From NCBI GenBank assembly GCA_016789005.1, contig JAEURA010000254.1, positions 37,837-101,836 on the forward strand: a stretch of DNA of 64,000 nucleotides. Reading direction: 5' to 3'. The translations under genes and the position numbers were made by a program. This document shows positions 38,874-49,206 of the stretch, piece after piece. Numbering within the stretch: position 1 is the stretch's first letter; every line of letters begins with the position of its first letter. Source of the stretch: Anaerolineae bacterium. GTDB lineage: Bacteria; Chloroflexota; Anaerolineae; Aggregatilineales; Phototrophicaceae. A model generated the notes under the pieces. It was not told where the DNA came from. It worked only from the letters and a program-made list of their open reading frames with translations, and did no database searches.

Positions 38874-40442
38874 TCACCCTTCGAGGGAGTTGAAGTATTC
38901 CTGCCGGATCGGACGAATAAGTTCCATCTGCTCATCGGTCAGGAGCATCCAGAACTGATCGGCGTCGACGATTCGGTTGGCGCCAACCTCGCTATATCGC
39001 CGCACCCAGTCAAAAAAGATCTCGGTCCCCAGAGCTTCACGGAGTTCATGCAGCATCAGCGCGCCGCGCAGGTAGACGGCATTGATATACTCGCGCACGG
39101 TCGCAAACTCGTAGACGGTGCTGTCTACTCGTTTCCCGACATAGCCGGAAGGGACGAACGAAGCCACACGGTAATTCCACCACCATTCCTTCAGATCGGG
39201 GTGGAATTCCTCGTAAAACACATATTCGCTGTAGGTTGCCAGCGCTTCGTCAAGCCAGGGCGTCAGCGCTTGATCATTCCCGACACGCGCGTACCACCAC
39301 TGATGGGCCGCCTCATGCACGGTGATGATCGTCAGATAGGACTCCGCTGTTCCAGGGTTGGTGCGGAACCATTGATCGCTGACGAACACCAGTTGAGTGA
39401 ACTCCATGCCATCGGGAAAATCACCCTGTACGATCACGAAGCGATTGCGACTCATCTCGCCATAGAGATCGGCATACATCGTCAGGCTTTGGATGGCTGC
39501 CTCGAGCGCCTGCTGCGCGCCATCGACCGGACCTGCGGGGGTATTGACCACCGCGTTGTCGAACGTGAAAATCTCAACTTCGACGCCCTGTTCAGTAAAC
39601 GTCGCAGTCCTACGGAAGAAGGGGCTGAAGCTGACGACGAAGTCCCGGCTGGCTTCGAGCATGACGCGCCAGCGCCCATCCGCTTCCTGGGTGACTGTAC
39701 CCGGACCCGCCATCACCAGATTGTCCGGCGCATCACTGACCGTCAGTGTTACATCCCAGTCGGCGATGTCGCTCACAAGCTGCTCGCCGATCACCGTGAC
39801 ATCATGTGTGACCCATCCGCCGCCGCGGTATACCGCGGGCGTCGCCAGCCAGTGTCCCAGATTGAGCTGGCGATTGCTGTAGCCGAAGTAACCGATCAGT
39901 CCGCTGATCCCGGACGAGATCTGCGGCGGCGTTAAGCCGTAAGACAGAATGACCTCGATGGCGCATCCCGGCAGCAGCGGCTCGACCAGGTCGAGTGTCA
40001 TGCGGCGACCGACGATTTCCACCACCTCGAGCGGCTGGCTGGCGTTTGCCGAAACCAGTGTGAAGGCTCCGGGAAGGCGATTCGGCTCGATATTCAGCAA
40101 TATCTCCTCGAACGCATCGTTAGTGCGGTTGACTATGCGTATGGCATGCTGAACATCCACCGTCCGCCGGGCATAGTTCACCTGTGCCTCGACGATATGG
40201 GCAGCAGACGGTGCTCCGGCACTGAGGGTGCAGTCGGCATCAGCCAACGTCGGAGTCGGCTCAGGGATGCGGCTTGGGGCTGCCTGGAAGTCACGAGTGG
40301 GGGCGGCAGCGAGACTCGCCTGTGCCAGGCGGAGACCGGTGGAAGTCGGCGGGACAGCCTCATCCAGGCGTCCCAGGCTGCACGCCGCCAGTACGAAGAC
40401 AATAAGAAGGAACCATCGGGCATTTCGCAGCGTACTAAACAT
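38874..40442 (-). CDS. M1 family (gluzincin) metallopeptidase, lipoprotein
   Basis: Lipobox LAAC, GMEF, HEAAHQWW, WLDEALATYSE, Y.RG. Confidence 0.9.
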   Translation of the reverse strand: MFSTLRNARWFLLIVFVLAACSLGRLDEAVPPTSTGLRLAQASLAAAPTRDFQAAPSRIPEPTPTLADADCTLSAGAPSAAHIVEAQVNYARRTVDVQHAIRIVNRTNDAFEEILLNIEPNRLPGAFTLVSANASQPLEVVEIVGRRMTLDLVEPLLPGCAIEVILSYGLTPPQISSGISGLIGYFGYSNRQLNLGHWLATPAVYRGGGWVTHDVTVIGEQLVSDIADWDVTLTVSDAPDNLVMAGPGTVTQEADGRWRVMLEASRDFVVSFSPFFRRTATFTEQGVEVEIFTFDNAVVNTPAGPVDGAQQALEAAIQSLTMYADLYGEMSRNRFVIVQGDFPDGMEFTQLVFVSDQWFRTNPGTAESYLTIITVHEAAHQWWYARVGNDQALTPWLDEALATYSEYVFYEEFHPDLKEWWWNYRVASFVPSGYVGKRVDSTVYEFATVREYINAVYLRGALMLHELREALGTEIFFDWVRRYSEVGANRIVDADQFWMLLTDEQMELIRPIRQEYFNSLEG

Positions 40443-40597
40443 CACAGGTAAAGCAGACCTCAAGCATTTCAACGGAACGCCAGCAGCGCGTCGAAATATT
40501 GCACCACAGAAACCACCGTAACACAAGCAATCGAGTTATGCTATTCTTGTTTGAAGCTCATCTCGTTCTCATTTAGTGGTCAGCATGGAGGATTCCA

Positions 40598-41518
40598 TTG
40601 CAGCAGCGAGGCTATTCCGACTCATTCTTCGGTCTCATTCAGCTCACGCGATGGAAGGAGTATATTCCTTTTGTAGTTCCCCTGACGCTTCTCGGCGCAC
40701 TGCTCGCCGCTCGTCCACACGGTATTCATCTTGACCTGCGGCTGGCAGCCGTCACTATCGCCAATATCCTGGCAGTCGCCTATGCCTTCATGATCAACGA
40801 CATCGAGGATGCGCCCGACGATGCGCTTGACCCGGCGCGTGCTGCCCGCAACCCCATCACCAGTGGTCGCATCAGCGCGCGTGTCGGTTATGCGGCATGC
40901 CGGCTCGTCGCGGCGATCACGCTGATCCTCTACGCGCTGGGCGGTGTCTGGGTGCTGCTCATCGGCGTCCTCACCATCCTGCTTTCGCACCTTTACTCCT
41001 GGCGTCCCGTGCGCCTTAAAGCCTGGCCCGTCACCGATATCCTGTCCCACTCGCTGATGCTCAGCGGACTGCTGCTGCTCGCCGGCTATTTCCTCTATGA
41101 CAGCAGCCCCGGCATTGTCTGGTTCGTCGCGCTGGCGGCTACGCTTGTCTCGGTCTACGGACAGCTTTACAACCAGCTTCGCGACTACGATATGGATCGC
41201 GCTGCCGGACTCTTCAACACGGCGATTGTCCTGGGTGAGGCGAATACCAAGCGCGCGATGTACCTCGCCATTGGTTTGGCGCTCACCTGCCTGATCGCCG
41301 CCGCAGTTCAGGGGGTATTCCCGCTCTGGCTCGGCTTGGTTGTTCTGGTGAGCATTCCGATCAGCATGTTTTTCCGCACCAAGACCGATATGCGCGGCGG
41401 CGGTGGTGTCGTCGTTGATGCCAGCGGTGCGATGCAGCTGCAATCTCTTGTCATGCTGAACATCATCATCGCCGCATGGATGATCGAGTCCTTGTATATC
41501 CAGACGTTCCTGGGGTAA
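40598..41518 (+). CDS. UbiA family prenyltransferase
   Basis: NDIEDAPDD, NPITSGRI, NQLRDYDMD; multiple TM helices. Confidence 0.88.
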   Translation: MQQRGYSDSFFGLIQLTRWKEYIPFVVPLTLLGALLAARPHGIHLDLRLAAVTIANILAVAYAFMINDIEDAPDDALDPARAARNPITSGRISARVGYAACRLVAAITLILYALGGVWVLLIGVLTILLSHLYSWRPVRLKAWPVTDILSHSLMLSGLLLLAGYFLYDSSPGIVWFVALAATLVSVYGQLYNQLRDYDMDRAAGLFNTAIVLGEANTKRAMYLAIGLALTCLIAAAVQGVFPLWLGLVVLVSIPISMFFRTKTDMRGGGGVVVDASGAMQLQSLVMLNIIIAAWMIESLYIQTFLG

Positions 41519-41531
41519 GACTGCAAAAACT

Positions 41532-41921
41532 GTGAACGACATTCACGGCATCCTGTTCAACGCGCACATCCTGTTCTCGATCATTATGGGCGTGTGGTCA
41601 GCGTTGATGGCAGCGCGCAACCACACCATTTCGGGCAACTTCTGGGGCGCCGTTGCGACACTTACGATAATGGCGGCGCTGGTGATGGTCGTTGGCGTCG
41701 TCATGACGATTCAGGGTCTGCGCCCGGAACGTCTTCTGACCTACTATCTCTACATGGCATGGCTCGTCGTCATCATGCCCGGATTATTCACCCTGCTGCG
41801 CGGTCGCGATGATCGCAGTGCTGCCATCGCCTTTTCACTGCTGAGCTTCTTCAACGCTACAACCTCGATCAGCATGTGGCAGCGCAATATCATCGGACCC
41901 TGGCTGCCCGGCAATGCGTAG
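41532..41921 (+). CDS. Hypothetical 4-TM membrane protein
   Basis: 129 aa, hydrophobic, GGAG RBS, in operon context. Confidence 0.7.
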   Translation: MNDIHGILFNAHILFSIIMGVWSALMAARNHTISGNFWGAVATLTIMAALVMVVGVVMTIQGLRPERLLTYYLYMAWLVVIMPGLFTLLRGRDDRSAAIAFSLLSFFNATTSISMWQRNIIGPWLPGNA

Positions 41922-42666
41922 CACGCTGGGTATTGCGGCGCTGCTGCTGGCTCTGGCGGGATGCGAGTCAGCAGCAACGCCGCTCCCGGCGGCGCTGCTG
42001 CCCACTGCGTCCCCACCGTCGGCGACAGTCATCCCCAGCCTGCGTTATGCTTTTTCACCGGAGGCGTTTGCCTACTGGAGATCAGAACTGCCAGCCGGTG
42101 CAGTTCAGTTTCAGCCCGGCGTCGACGATCTGGCGCAGGTGGATATCGCGGTGGCGTTCGGAAGCCTGCCAGAGATGTCGCCGGCGTCGATGGCGCTGGT
42201 CGTCGGGCTGCACTTGAACACGGAATCCCCGCCGCTGGACGAACCACAGATCGCTAACTTAGTGGTTCAGACGTTCCAACCGCACATCATCGCCACTGCG
42301 CTGGCGAACCTGGGCGCAGTGCCTGCAACCTCAGCTGCACCGGGCGAAGTGGTATCGCCCGGGTCACTGCGAACGGCGCTTGCCAACGCGGGCTACCCCG
42401 ATGGACTGCCGCTGACGCTGACAGCGCGTCTGCCCGGCGCGGAGAGACTGCCGCAGATCGTGCAGCCTTACGGCATTGACCTACGCCTTGTCGAACCATC
42501 CGCGGTTTCATCGTTGAGTCTGGTTCACGGCGAAATCACTGCGGGGACAGCACAGCGAGTCGGAGACGACTGGATCACCCTGGTGCAGATCCCGATCAGC
42601 ATACGGGTGCGTGACGGGCTGAATGTTCGCTTTGACGACTCCGGCTTGCCCAGAATCGGGGAATAG
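41914..42666 (+). CDS. Substrate-binding (PBP superfamily, PstS-like) lipoprotein
   Basis: Lipobox LAGC, VNPAN, ITNWS.FGG, VYGPSA; no cognate permease nearby. Confidence 0.7.
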   Translation: MRSTLGIAALLLALAGCESAATPLPAALLPTASPPSATVIPSLRYAFSPEAFAYWRSELPAGAVQFQPGVDDLAQVDIAVAFGSLPEMSPASMALVVGLHLNTESPPLDEPQIANLVVQTFQPHIIATALANLGAVPATSAAPGEVVSPGSLRTALANAGYPDGLPLTLTARLPGAERLPQIVQPYGIDLRLVEPSAVSSLSLVHGEITAGTAQRVGDDWITLVQIPISIRVRDGLNVRFDDSGLPRIGE

Positions 42667-42679
42667 CGTGAAGACCGAA

Positions 42680-45283
42680 ATGCATGTCGTCCTGTGCCAC
42701 GAGAATGCTGACTTCGATGCGATTGCTGCTATGCTCGCGGTCACGCTGCTCAAGCCGGATGCGCTGGCGATCCTGCCGGAACGGCTGAATCGGAATGTGC
42801 ATACCTTCCTGACTCTGTACGGTAACGGTCTGCCTTTCATCACGCGCGAAGAGATCAAGCGCCGCCGTGTCCGCCATGTGACGCTGGTTGACACTCAGAA
42901 ACTGCCAACGCTCAAAGGACTGCGCGAGACTACGCCGGTGCACATCGTCGATCACCACGCAGCGGCGCGCAGTTTTGCCGATCATGAATCCGTTCAGATC
43001 GAGCCGGTCGGCGCAACCACCACGCTGCTCGTCGAAGCGCTCCAGGAAGCGGGGCTTCCTCTCGAAAGCCTTCAGGCGACCCTGTTGGCGCTCGGAATCT
43101 ACGAAGATACCGGTTCGCTCGTCTACGGTCAGACCACGCCTCGCGACATTCGCTCTGCGGCATGGCTGGTCGAAAACGGCGCGGTGCTGGACAACGTGCG
43201 CCGCTTCCTCGAGCCGCCGCTCACTGAAGATCAGCAGGCGCTCCTGGAAGTGCTCATGCAGCGGGCAGAAACCCGCGTGGTGCAGGGCTATTCAATCCTG
43301 GTGGGCACAGCGTCGCTCGGCGTGGTCATGCCAGAGATCAACGCCGTAGCGCACCGCCTGCGCGACGCGCTTGACCCGGCGGCGGTGTTCTTGCTGGTGG
43401 AAATGCCCGGCATGATCCAGCTGGTCTGCCGCTCCACCGAGGATGCTATCGACGCCGGCGCGGTCGCCAGGGCATTTGGCGGCGGGGGGCACATTCGCGC
43501 CGCCGCCGCGCTGGTTAAGGACCACAGCCTCGGCGATGCCCTCGATGCGCTGTGGCGGCTGATTCTGACCAGCACTCAGCCATCGGTGCGCGTCTCCGAT
43601 CTGATGTCACGGGGCGTACATACTGTACATCCCGACGCCGAACTCAGCACGATGGTCAGTAAGCTGCGACGGATCGGACACGAAGGCTACCCGGTCGTCG
43701 AGACGGGACGGGTGATTGGGCTGCTGACCCGGCGCGACATGGACCGCGCCGTCGAGCATGGGCTGGGCGAGCTGCAAGTGCGCGATGTGATGAATGCCGG
43801 CGAGGTAATCCTGCATCCGGAAGAGCCGGTCGCCCTGCTTGAACAGAAGATGGTCGAGAGCGGTTGGGGGCAAATCCCCGTAGTCAGCAAAAACGGCGAT
43901 CTGATCGGCATTGTCACCCGCACAGACCTGATCAAGCACTGGGCGAAAAGCCATCCCAACCAGACGCCGACTCCGCCGCAGCAGGTCCCGCTCAGTCTGA
44001 TCGAAGGCGTGCTTGGACAGCGCGCCGCACGATTAATCGCCCTCGTCAGCGACGCCGCGCGCGCCAGAGGATCGAACGTCTATCTGGTCGGCGGTGTCGT
44101 GCGCGATCTGCTGTTGGGACGAACCAATCTGGACATCGATTTCGTCGTCGAGGGCGACGCCATCGCCTTCGCCCAGGTGCTCAAGGCGGAATTCGGCGGT
44201 GGTTTGACGCCCTTTCGCCCGTTCGCCACGGCGAAGTGGCTGCTGCGGGATCTGAAACTACCCCTGGGGGGACTGAGCGGAGACCTGCCCGATCATATCG
44301 ACTTCGCCACCTCGCGAAACGAATTCTATGAACGTCCCACCGCCCTGCCCAACGTCTACAGCGGTTCGATCAAGCTGGATCTGGCGCGGCGCGATTTCAC
44401 CATCAACACGCTGGCGGTGCAGATCAGCCCGACGCTGGGCAGCCTCCTGGATTACTTCGGCGGTTCAGCCGATCTTGATGCGCGACTGATCCGCGTCCTG
44501 CACAATCTCAGTTTCGTCGATGATCCGACACGTATTCTGCGTGCCGTGCGCTTCGAGCGGCGGTTGGGCTTCACGCTGGAGCGGCGCACCGCCGAACTGA
44601 TGCACACCGCCCTGCCGATGCTGCGACGGGTCAGCGGGGAGCGAGTCCGCAATGAACTGACCCTGATCCTGCAAGAAGCCGAACCGGTGGAGGCGTTCGT
44701 CCTGATGCAGGAACGCGGCATCCTGAAGGCGATTCATCCCGATTTTGTGCCGGACGAGACGTTGCCTGCGAAGCTGCACCTGCTGGAGATGCCGCTGCCC
44801 GCCGAACTCGCATCGGTCCGGCGCGACGATCTGCGCTGGATGCTCTTTCTCGCCGCGCTGCCGCCCGGCACTGCTGCCGGCATCTGCGACCGGATGATGT
44901 TCGGCAAGACATTCACCGAATCGGCGCTGGCGCTGAATGCCCTGCGCGATCCACAGGATGTCCTCCACCAGCGCGAAGCGAGACCCAGCGCACTCGACCG
45001 CCGGTTGTCGGGGATCAGTGATGAAGCGCTGGGCGCTGCTTGGCTCTTGTTCGGCGATACCCCCGGAAGAACCCACATCGAGCAGCACGTCGTCCGCTGG
45101 CGGAACATTCGTCCGGCAGTCGATGGCAACACCTTGCAGGCGCGCGGGCTGCGTCCTGGACCCTGCTTCCGCATCCTGCTGGATCGCCTCCGATCGGCGT
45201 GGCTGGATGGCGAAGTCCAGGATGCCGCAGGTGAAAACGCCCTGCTGGAGTCGCTCATCGCCACAGGAATCTGTGACGAATAA
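42680..45283 (+). CDS. DHH-DHHA1-CBS-tRNA nucleotidyltransferase (CCA/A-adding type)
   Basis: HENADFDA, IDHH, GGGHIRAAAA, CBS pair, VGGIVRD..DLDFV, RRDFTIN, DDPTRILRA. Confidence 0.9.
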   Translation: MHVVLCHENADFDAIAAMLAVTLLKPDALAILPERLNRNVHTFLTLYGNGLPFITREEIKRRRVRHVTLVDTQKLPTLKGLRETTPVHIVDHHAAARSFADHESVQIEPVGATTTLLVEALQEAGLPLESLQATLLALGIYEDTGSLVYGQTTPRDIRSAAWLVENGAVLDNVRRFLEPPLTEDQQALLEVLMQRAETRVVQGYSILVGTASLGVVMPEINAVAHRLRDALDPAAVFLLVEMPGMIQLVCRSTEDAIDAGAVARAFGGGGHIRAAAALVKDHSLGDALDALWRLILTSTQPSVRVSDLMSRGVHTVHPDAELSTMVSKLRRIGHEGYPVVETGRVIGLLTRRDMDRAVEHGLGELQVRDVMNAGEVILHPEEPVALLEQKMVESGWGQIPVVSKNGDLIGIVTRTDLIKHWAKSHPNQTPTPPQQVPLSLIEGVLGQRAARLIALVSDAARARGSNVYLVGGVVRDLLLGRTNLDIDFVVEGDAIAFAQVLKAEFGGGLTPFRPFATAKWLLRDLKLPLGGLSGDLPDHIDFATSRNEFYERPTALPNVYSGSIKLDLARRDFTINTLAVQISPTLGSLLDYFGGSADLDARLIRVLHNLSFVDDPTRILRAVRFERRLGFTLERRTAELMHTALPMLRRVSGERVRNELTLILQEAEPVEAFVLMQERGILKAIHPDFVPDETLPAKLHLLEMPLPAELASVRRDDLRWMLFLAALPPGTAAGICDRMMFGKTFTESALALNALRDPQDVLHQREARPSALDRRLSGISDEALGAAWLLFGDTPGRTHIEQHVVRWRNIRPAVDGNTLQARGLRPGPCFRILLDRLRSAWLDGEVQDAAGENALLESLIATGICDE

Positions 45284-45416
45284 CTTAGAGGGTCTGTGAC
45301 AATCGGCGCTGGCGAAGCGACCTTCTCTCGTGCGATGATGAAATGGTCTTGGCAGAGACTCGCCGCTGCGCTACAATGCCTATTGCTGTGCCACAAAATT
45401 ACGAGGTCGTAATCCT

Positions 45417-45746
45417 ATGGCAATTCAACAAGACACTGTGCGGGTCGTTCGATGGACGGGAGGGCAGCACCCTACCCTTTCGAACATCACCCGCCAGATG
45501 CAGCATGAAGGGCTTCGTCCTTATGCCTGGGACAACCGCCCGAATTACCGCTATGCCGTTCGCAGCCACGGTTTCTCCAAAATCATGTACGTCGTCGATG
45601 GGATGCTGGAAATCACCCTCCCCGACAGCAACCAAAGAGTCAAACTGCGCGCCGGAGACCGCATCGAAATCCCCGCCGGCATTCGTCACGGCGCGATCAT
45701 CGGCAGCAGCGGCGCGAAATGCGTCGAAGCCGCAGCGCAGCGCTAA
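45417..45746 (+). CDS. Cupin domain protein
   Basis: HSH and LRPGDRIDIPRG.RHG cupin motifs. Confidence 0.8.
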   Translation: MAIQQDTVRVVRWTGGQHPTLSNITRQMQHEGLRPYAWDNRPNYRYAVRSHGFSKIMYVVDGMLEITLPDSNQRVKLRAGDRIEIPAGIRHGAIIGSSGAKCVEAAAQR

Positions 45747-45860
45747 GCGCGGCATGGTGGTCCCTCTCTGCCGGTTCGCTGCCGGGTTTCGTCCGGCGGT
45801 GCACACATCCCCTCAGTTCTTCGCGCTCAAGCCCATCTTAGAACCGCGCATCCACTGAAG

Positions 45861-46649
45861 ATGGCGATCCGCCAGCGCATTGGTGCGCCGACCATCGTAC
45901 AGACGCAGTTCTGGTCCTTCTCCATCATCGGGATGGTACAGCACGTCGCCATCTGGTCGCATGCCGAGATCACAACGCTCCCCCGGCAGTCGGTCACGGC
46001 GCTGGTGGCGTGCAGCGCAGAGTCTCATCCCACTCAGGAAGTCAGAGTTTCGGTCTGGCGAGGTGTCCCTCTGAGCACGCTTCTCTCTTCAGTGCAGATC
46101 GCCCCGGCGGCACATTTCGCCCGCCTGCACTGTGCCGACGGTTTCACGAGCCTCCTTCCGCGCGAGATGCTTGATCGGGCTGTGCTGGCGCTCGAACCGA
46201 TTGACGTGCCTCCTTCCCCGGATGATGGATGTCCCGCGCGCCTTGTGGTTCCGGGGTGCTGTGGCTACAAGCAGGCAAAATGGCTCGAACGGATCGAGAT
46301 GATCGCTGCGCCAGTCGGTGGCATGTGGGAAGAACGTGGGGCGTCACTCGACGGGCGGCTTCAGGCGACAAGCTCTTTTCGTTCTGCGCCGGAGGGGGAC
46401 CGTCTGCGTTTGAGTGGAACGGCGTTCGCCCTGGGCGGATTCAGCGAGATTCAGATGAGTATCGGTGACGGCGGATGGATGCCGCTTAGCATCGCCCCAG
46501 TGCTGACGGACGATGGCGGCGTGTCGGCGGTAGACTGGAATGTCGTCTGGACGCCGCCCCACACAGGGAACCATACCGTTCGCCTGCGTCTCTGTCCGGC
46601 GCAGGGTGGCGCACCTCGTTCGATAGTCAGGAACGTTACCGTCCCATGA
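45861..46649 (+). CDS. Sulfite oxidase-family molybdopterin-binding oxidoreductase, divergent
   Basis: W.F.I.G, ACS (Mo-ligand Cys position), WRGVPL..LL, ADG, PARLVVPG..GYKQAKWLERIE, C-terminal dimerisation-like domain. Confidence 0.75.
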   Translation: MAIRQRIGAPTIVQTQFWSFSIIGMVQHVAIWSHAEITTLPRQSVTALVACSAESHPTQEVRVSVWRGVPLSTLLSSVQIAPAAHFARLHCADGFTSLLPREMLDRAVLALEPIDVPPSPDDGCPARLVVPGCCGYKQAKWLERIEMIAAPVGGMWEERGASLDGRLQATSSFRSAPEGDRLRLSGTAFALGGFSEIQMSIGDGGWMPLSIAPVLTDDGGVSAVDWNVVWTPPHTGNHTVRLRLCPAQGGAPRSIVRNVTVP

Positions 46650-47527
46650 CCCTCTCGCGTCGCGACTTTCTAAGGATTTTCGGCGGCTCTGCGGCAGCTG
46701 CCGTCGGTGGATTCGCCCTGGCATTTTCGCCGACGGGTCCGACGGCAAGCGATGCAGACCTGAAGAGCTTTCAGGCGCGCGCGCTGCACACCGCCCCGGT
46801 TCGAGAAATGCCTTCCCCTGAGTCACCGGTCGTAAAGTACCTGTGGGAAGACGAGATCTTCGACGTTCAGGCGGCAGTCGGGCGGTGGATGCAGTCGTCC
46901 GAAGGATTCATTGCCGCGCATGATGCTCAACCGATGCTGGTGACTGCGTTGCTGGAGATGCACGATACTCCCCACTGGGCGGCGGTGGTCGGTGCAGCAG
47001 CGGCAGTGCGCGCCTGGGCGTGCGACTCTGCGCCACTCATCGAAAAGATCGGTCATGGCGGCGTGATGCGAGTCCTCGACCGCCTCGCACCGAGGGCGGC
47101 GTGCGATGCCTGGGTCGCCATCGCCGACGAACACGACAGAGTGATTGGTTGGTCGCGGAATACGCTGTGGTCCGCGATTGGCTGGCGCACGACTGCCGAC
47201 GCGGATCTGATCGTCGATGCTGCTCTGCGCCGCGCCGAATTGTGGGAAGCCGGAGCTGCACGCCTGTGCGCCGACGTGGCGCTGGGACGAGCGCTGGTTC
47301 CCGGCGAATATCCGGTCACGCTGTACCAGCCAGGGACAACCATTGAGGCAGCCGGACACACCCGACTCGGAGTCCCCTATGTTCAGCGCGCAGGTAATGA
47401 ACTGAGCCTCGGCGGCGTCTATTGGCATAATCAATTCGGCGCTGCACTGGACGGGCTGGATATTCAACTTCCTGTACAGATCGCGCGGGCGTGGTTCGGA
47501 CGCCTTCGTCGCGTCATCGTTCGTTAA
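46646..47527 (+). CDS. Tat-exported protein with SH3-like repeats and degenerate YkuD (L,D-transpeptidase) domain
   Basis: SRRDFL Tat motif; GVPY...GGVYWHNQFGAALDGLDIQL lacks the HG..SHGC catalytic residues. Confidence 0.65.
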   Translation: MTLSRRDFLRIFGGSAAAAVGGFALAFSPTGPTASDADLKSFQARALHTAPVREMPSPESPVVKYLWEDEIFDVQAAVGRWMQSSEGFIAAHDAQPMLVTALLEMHDTPHWAAVVGAAAAVRAWACDSAPLIEKIGHGGVMRVLDRLAPRAACDAWVAIADEHDRVIGWSRNTLWSAIGWRTTADADLIVDAALRRAELWEAGAARLCADVALGRALVPGEYPVTLYQPGTTIEAAGHTRLGVPYVQRAGNELSLGGVYWHNQFGAALDGLDIQLPVQIARAWFGRLRRVIVR

Positions 47528-47582
47528 TCAATTGCCGCTACACTCGATATACGATCAGGCGTAGCAAGAGCAGCAGGTCATT

Positions 47583-49196
47583 ATGGAAGTCACATTAGCA
47601 CTGGCATTCATCGCGGGTCTGGCGTCGTTCCTGTCGCCCTGCGTACTCCCTCTCGTCCCGGCATATATCGGCTACATGGGTGGTCGGGTAGCGTACACCG
47701 TCGCGGCTCAGACCACGTCTGGCGGAACAGCCGTGCTGAAACCTTCGCTTGGCGCACGTTTCAGCACGCTCCTGCACAGCCTCGCTTTCGTCGCCGGTTT
47801 TTCGCTGGTGTTCGTCAGCATCGGGCTGCTCAGCACTGCCTTCGTATCGGTCATCGGCAGGCAGAACGTCAGCGCCGTCACCGGCATCATCAGCCGTGCC
47901 GGTGGGGTGCTGATCATCTTCTTCGGGCTGCACTTCATGGGCGTCATTAATCGCCTGTTCACGGTAATTCTAAAACGCCCGAAATCGCTGAATACTCCCA
48001 TCATCGGTATCGCGATCATTGCCGTGCTCAGCTTTCTGACCCTCTGGATCTTCGAAGACTGGCTGCCAGCACTGCCCGTCGCGGCGCTGTTGACGGTGTG
48101 GCTGGTGCTCTCCGGCGCATTCACTGAGCCTGGGACGTTTTGGACCGCCGCCATTGGGAAGGTTCAGGCTTGGCTGTATACCGACACGCGCCGGCAGATG
48201 GTGGCGCAGGGTCAGCAAAGCTACCTGAGTTCGTTGGTGATGGGTGTCGTCTTCTCCGCCGGGTGGACGCCCTGCATCGGACCGATCTACGGGACTATTC
48301 TGACGATGGCTGCCGCCGGCGGCGATGTGGGTCAGGCTGGCAGTCAGCTCGCCGCTTACTCGCTCGGTCTCGGCATCCCCTTCATACTCGCGGCGCTCAT
48401 GCTTGACAGCGCCCAGGGCATACTGCGCCGATTGCAGCGCTATCTGCACGCCATTGAGCTGGCGGCAGGCACTTTCCTGGTTGTGATCGGCATCCTGGTG
48501 GCAAGCGGGCAGCTGCAATCGCTGAGTCAGAATTTCGCCAATCAGTTCGCCGATTTCTCCTATCGTCTGGAGGAGTGCGCAGTTGATCTCTACGAAGGAC
48601 GCTTGAACTTCGGGGGGTTCGTGAGCTGCGCAAGCGCCGCGCAAGCGGCTGAAACCGATCCGGTTGACGGTACCAGCAGCGACACCGCCGCGCCGCTGGA
48701 AGTCGTCAGTATCACCGACCTGGCGGGCAGTATCCCATCTGCCGATCCCTCAGCGGCGCTTCCGCAGCAAACTGGCACCGCCATCGGCAGTCTTGCGCCG
48801 CTGTTCAGCGCTCTCGACGATTCAGGACAGCCCTTTACCTTGGAAGATGTGCGCGGTCAGACGGTGCTCCTCAACTTCTGGGCGACCTGGTGCGGACCCT
48901 GCCGCATCGAAATGCCGGAGCTGCAACGGACCTACGAGATGTATTCGGAACGCCAGGTGCTCGTGGTCGGGGTCAACAATCGCGAGACGCTTGAAGACGT
49001 CGCTGGTTTCCGGCTGGAACGAAGCCTGACCTTCCCGCTGCTGATGGACGAGGCAGGCAGCATTCAGGATGCCTACGGCATTCAGGCGTATCCGAGTACA
49101 TTTGTGATCGACCGCACGGGCGTCATTCGGGGAATCCATTATGGTCCGCTGACCAGAGGGCAGATTCAGGCGCTCCTTGACGAAGCGCTCTCGTAA
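47583..49196 (+). CDS. CcdA (DsbD TM domain)-thioredoxin fusion, DipZ-like
   Basis: SPCVLPLVP and WTPCIGP cysteines; C-terminal NFWATWCGPCRIEMP. Confidence 0.88.
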   Translation: MEVTLALAFIAGLASFLSPCVLPLVPAYIGYMGGRVAYTVAAQTTSGGTAVLKPSLGARFSTLLHSLAFVAGFSLVFVSIGLLSTAFVSVIGRQNVSAVTGIISRAGGVLIIFFGLHFMGVINRLFTVILKRPKSLNTPIIGIAIIAVLSFLTLWIFEDWLPALPVAALLTVWLVLSGAFTEPGTFWTAAIGKVQAWLYTDTRRQMVAQGQQSYLSSLVMGVVFSAGWTPCIGPIYGTILTMAAAGGDVGQAGSQLAAYSLGLGIPFILAALMLDSAQGILRRLQRYLHAIELAAGTFLVVIGILVASGQLQSLSQNFANQFADFSYRLEECAVDLYEGRLNFGGFVSCASAAQAAETDPVDGTSSDTAAPLEVVSITDLAGSIPSADPSAALPQQTGTAIGSLAPLFSALDDSGQPFTLEDVRGQTVLLNFWATWCGPCRIEMPELQRTYEMYSERQVLVVGVNNRETLEDVAGFRLERSLTFPLLMDEAGSIQDAYGIQAYPSTFVIDRTGVIRGIHYGPLTRGQIQALLDEALS

Positions 49197-49206
49197 CGAC
49201 ACGCCT

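Noticed and set aside
45754-45858. 34-aa ORF as a frameshifted N-terminus of the molybdoenzyme
   Set aside because: The 45861 frame already supplies the expected R..G.P.I....W segment, so no frameshift is needed.
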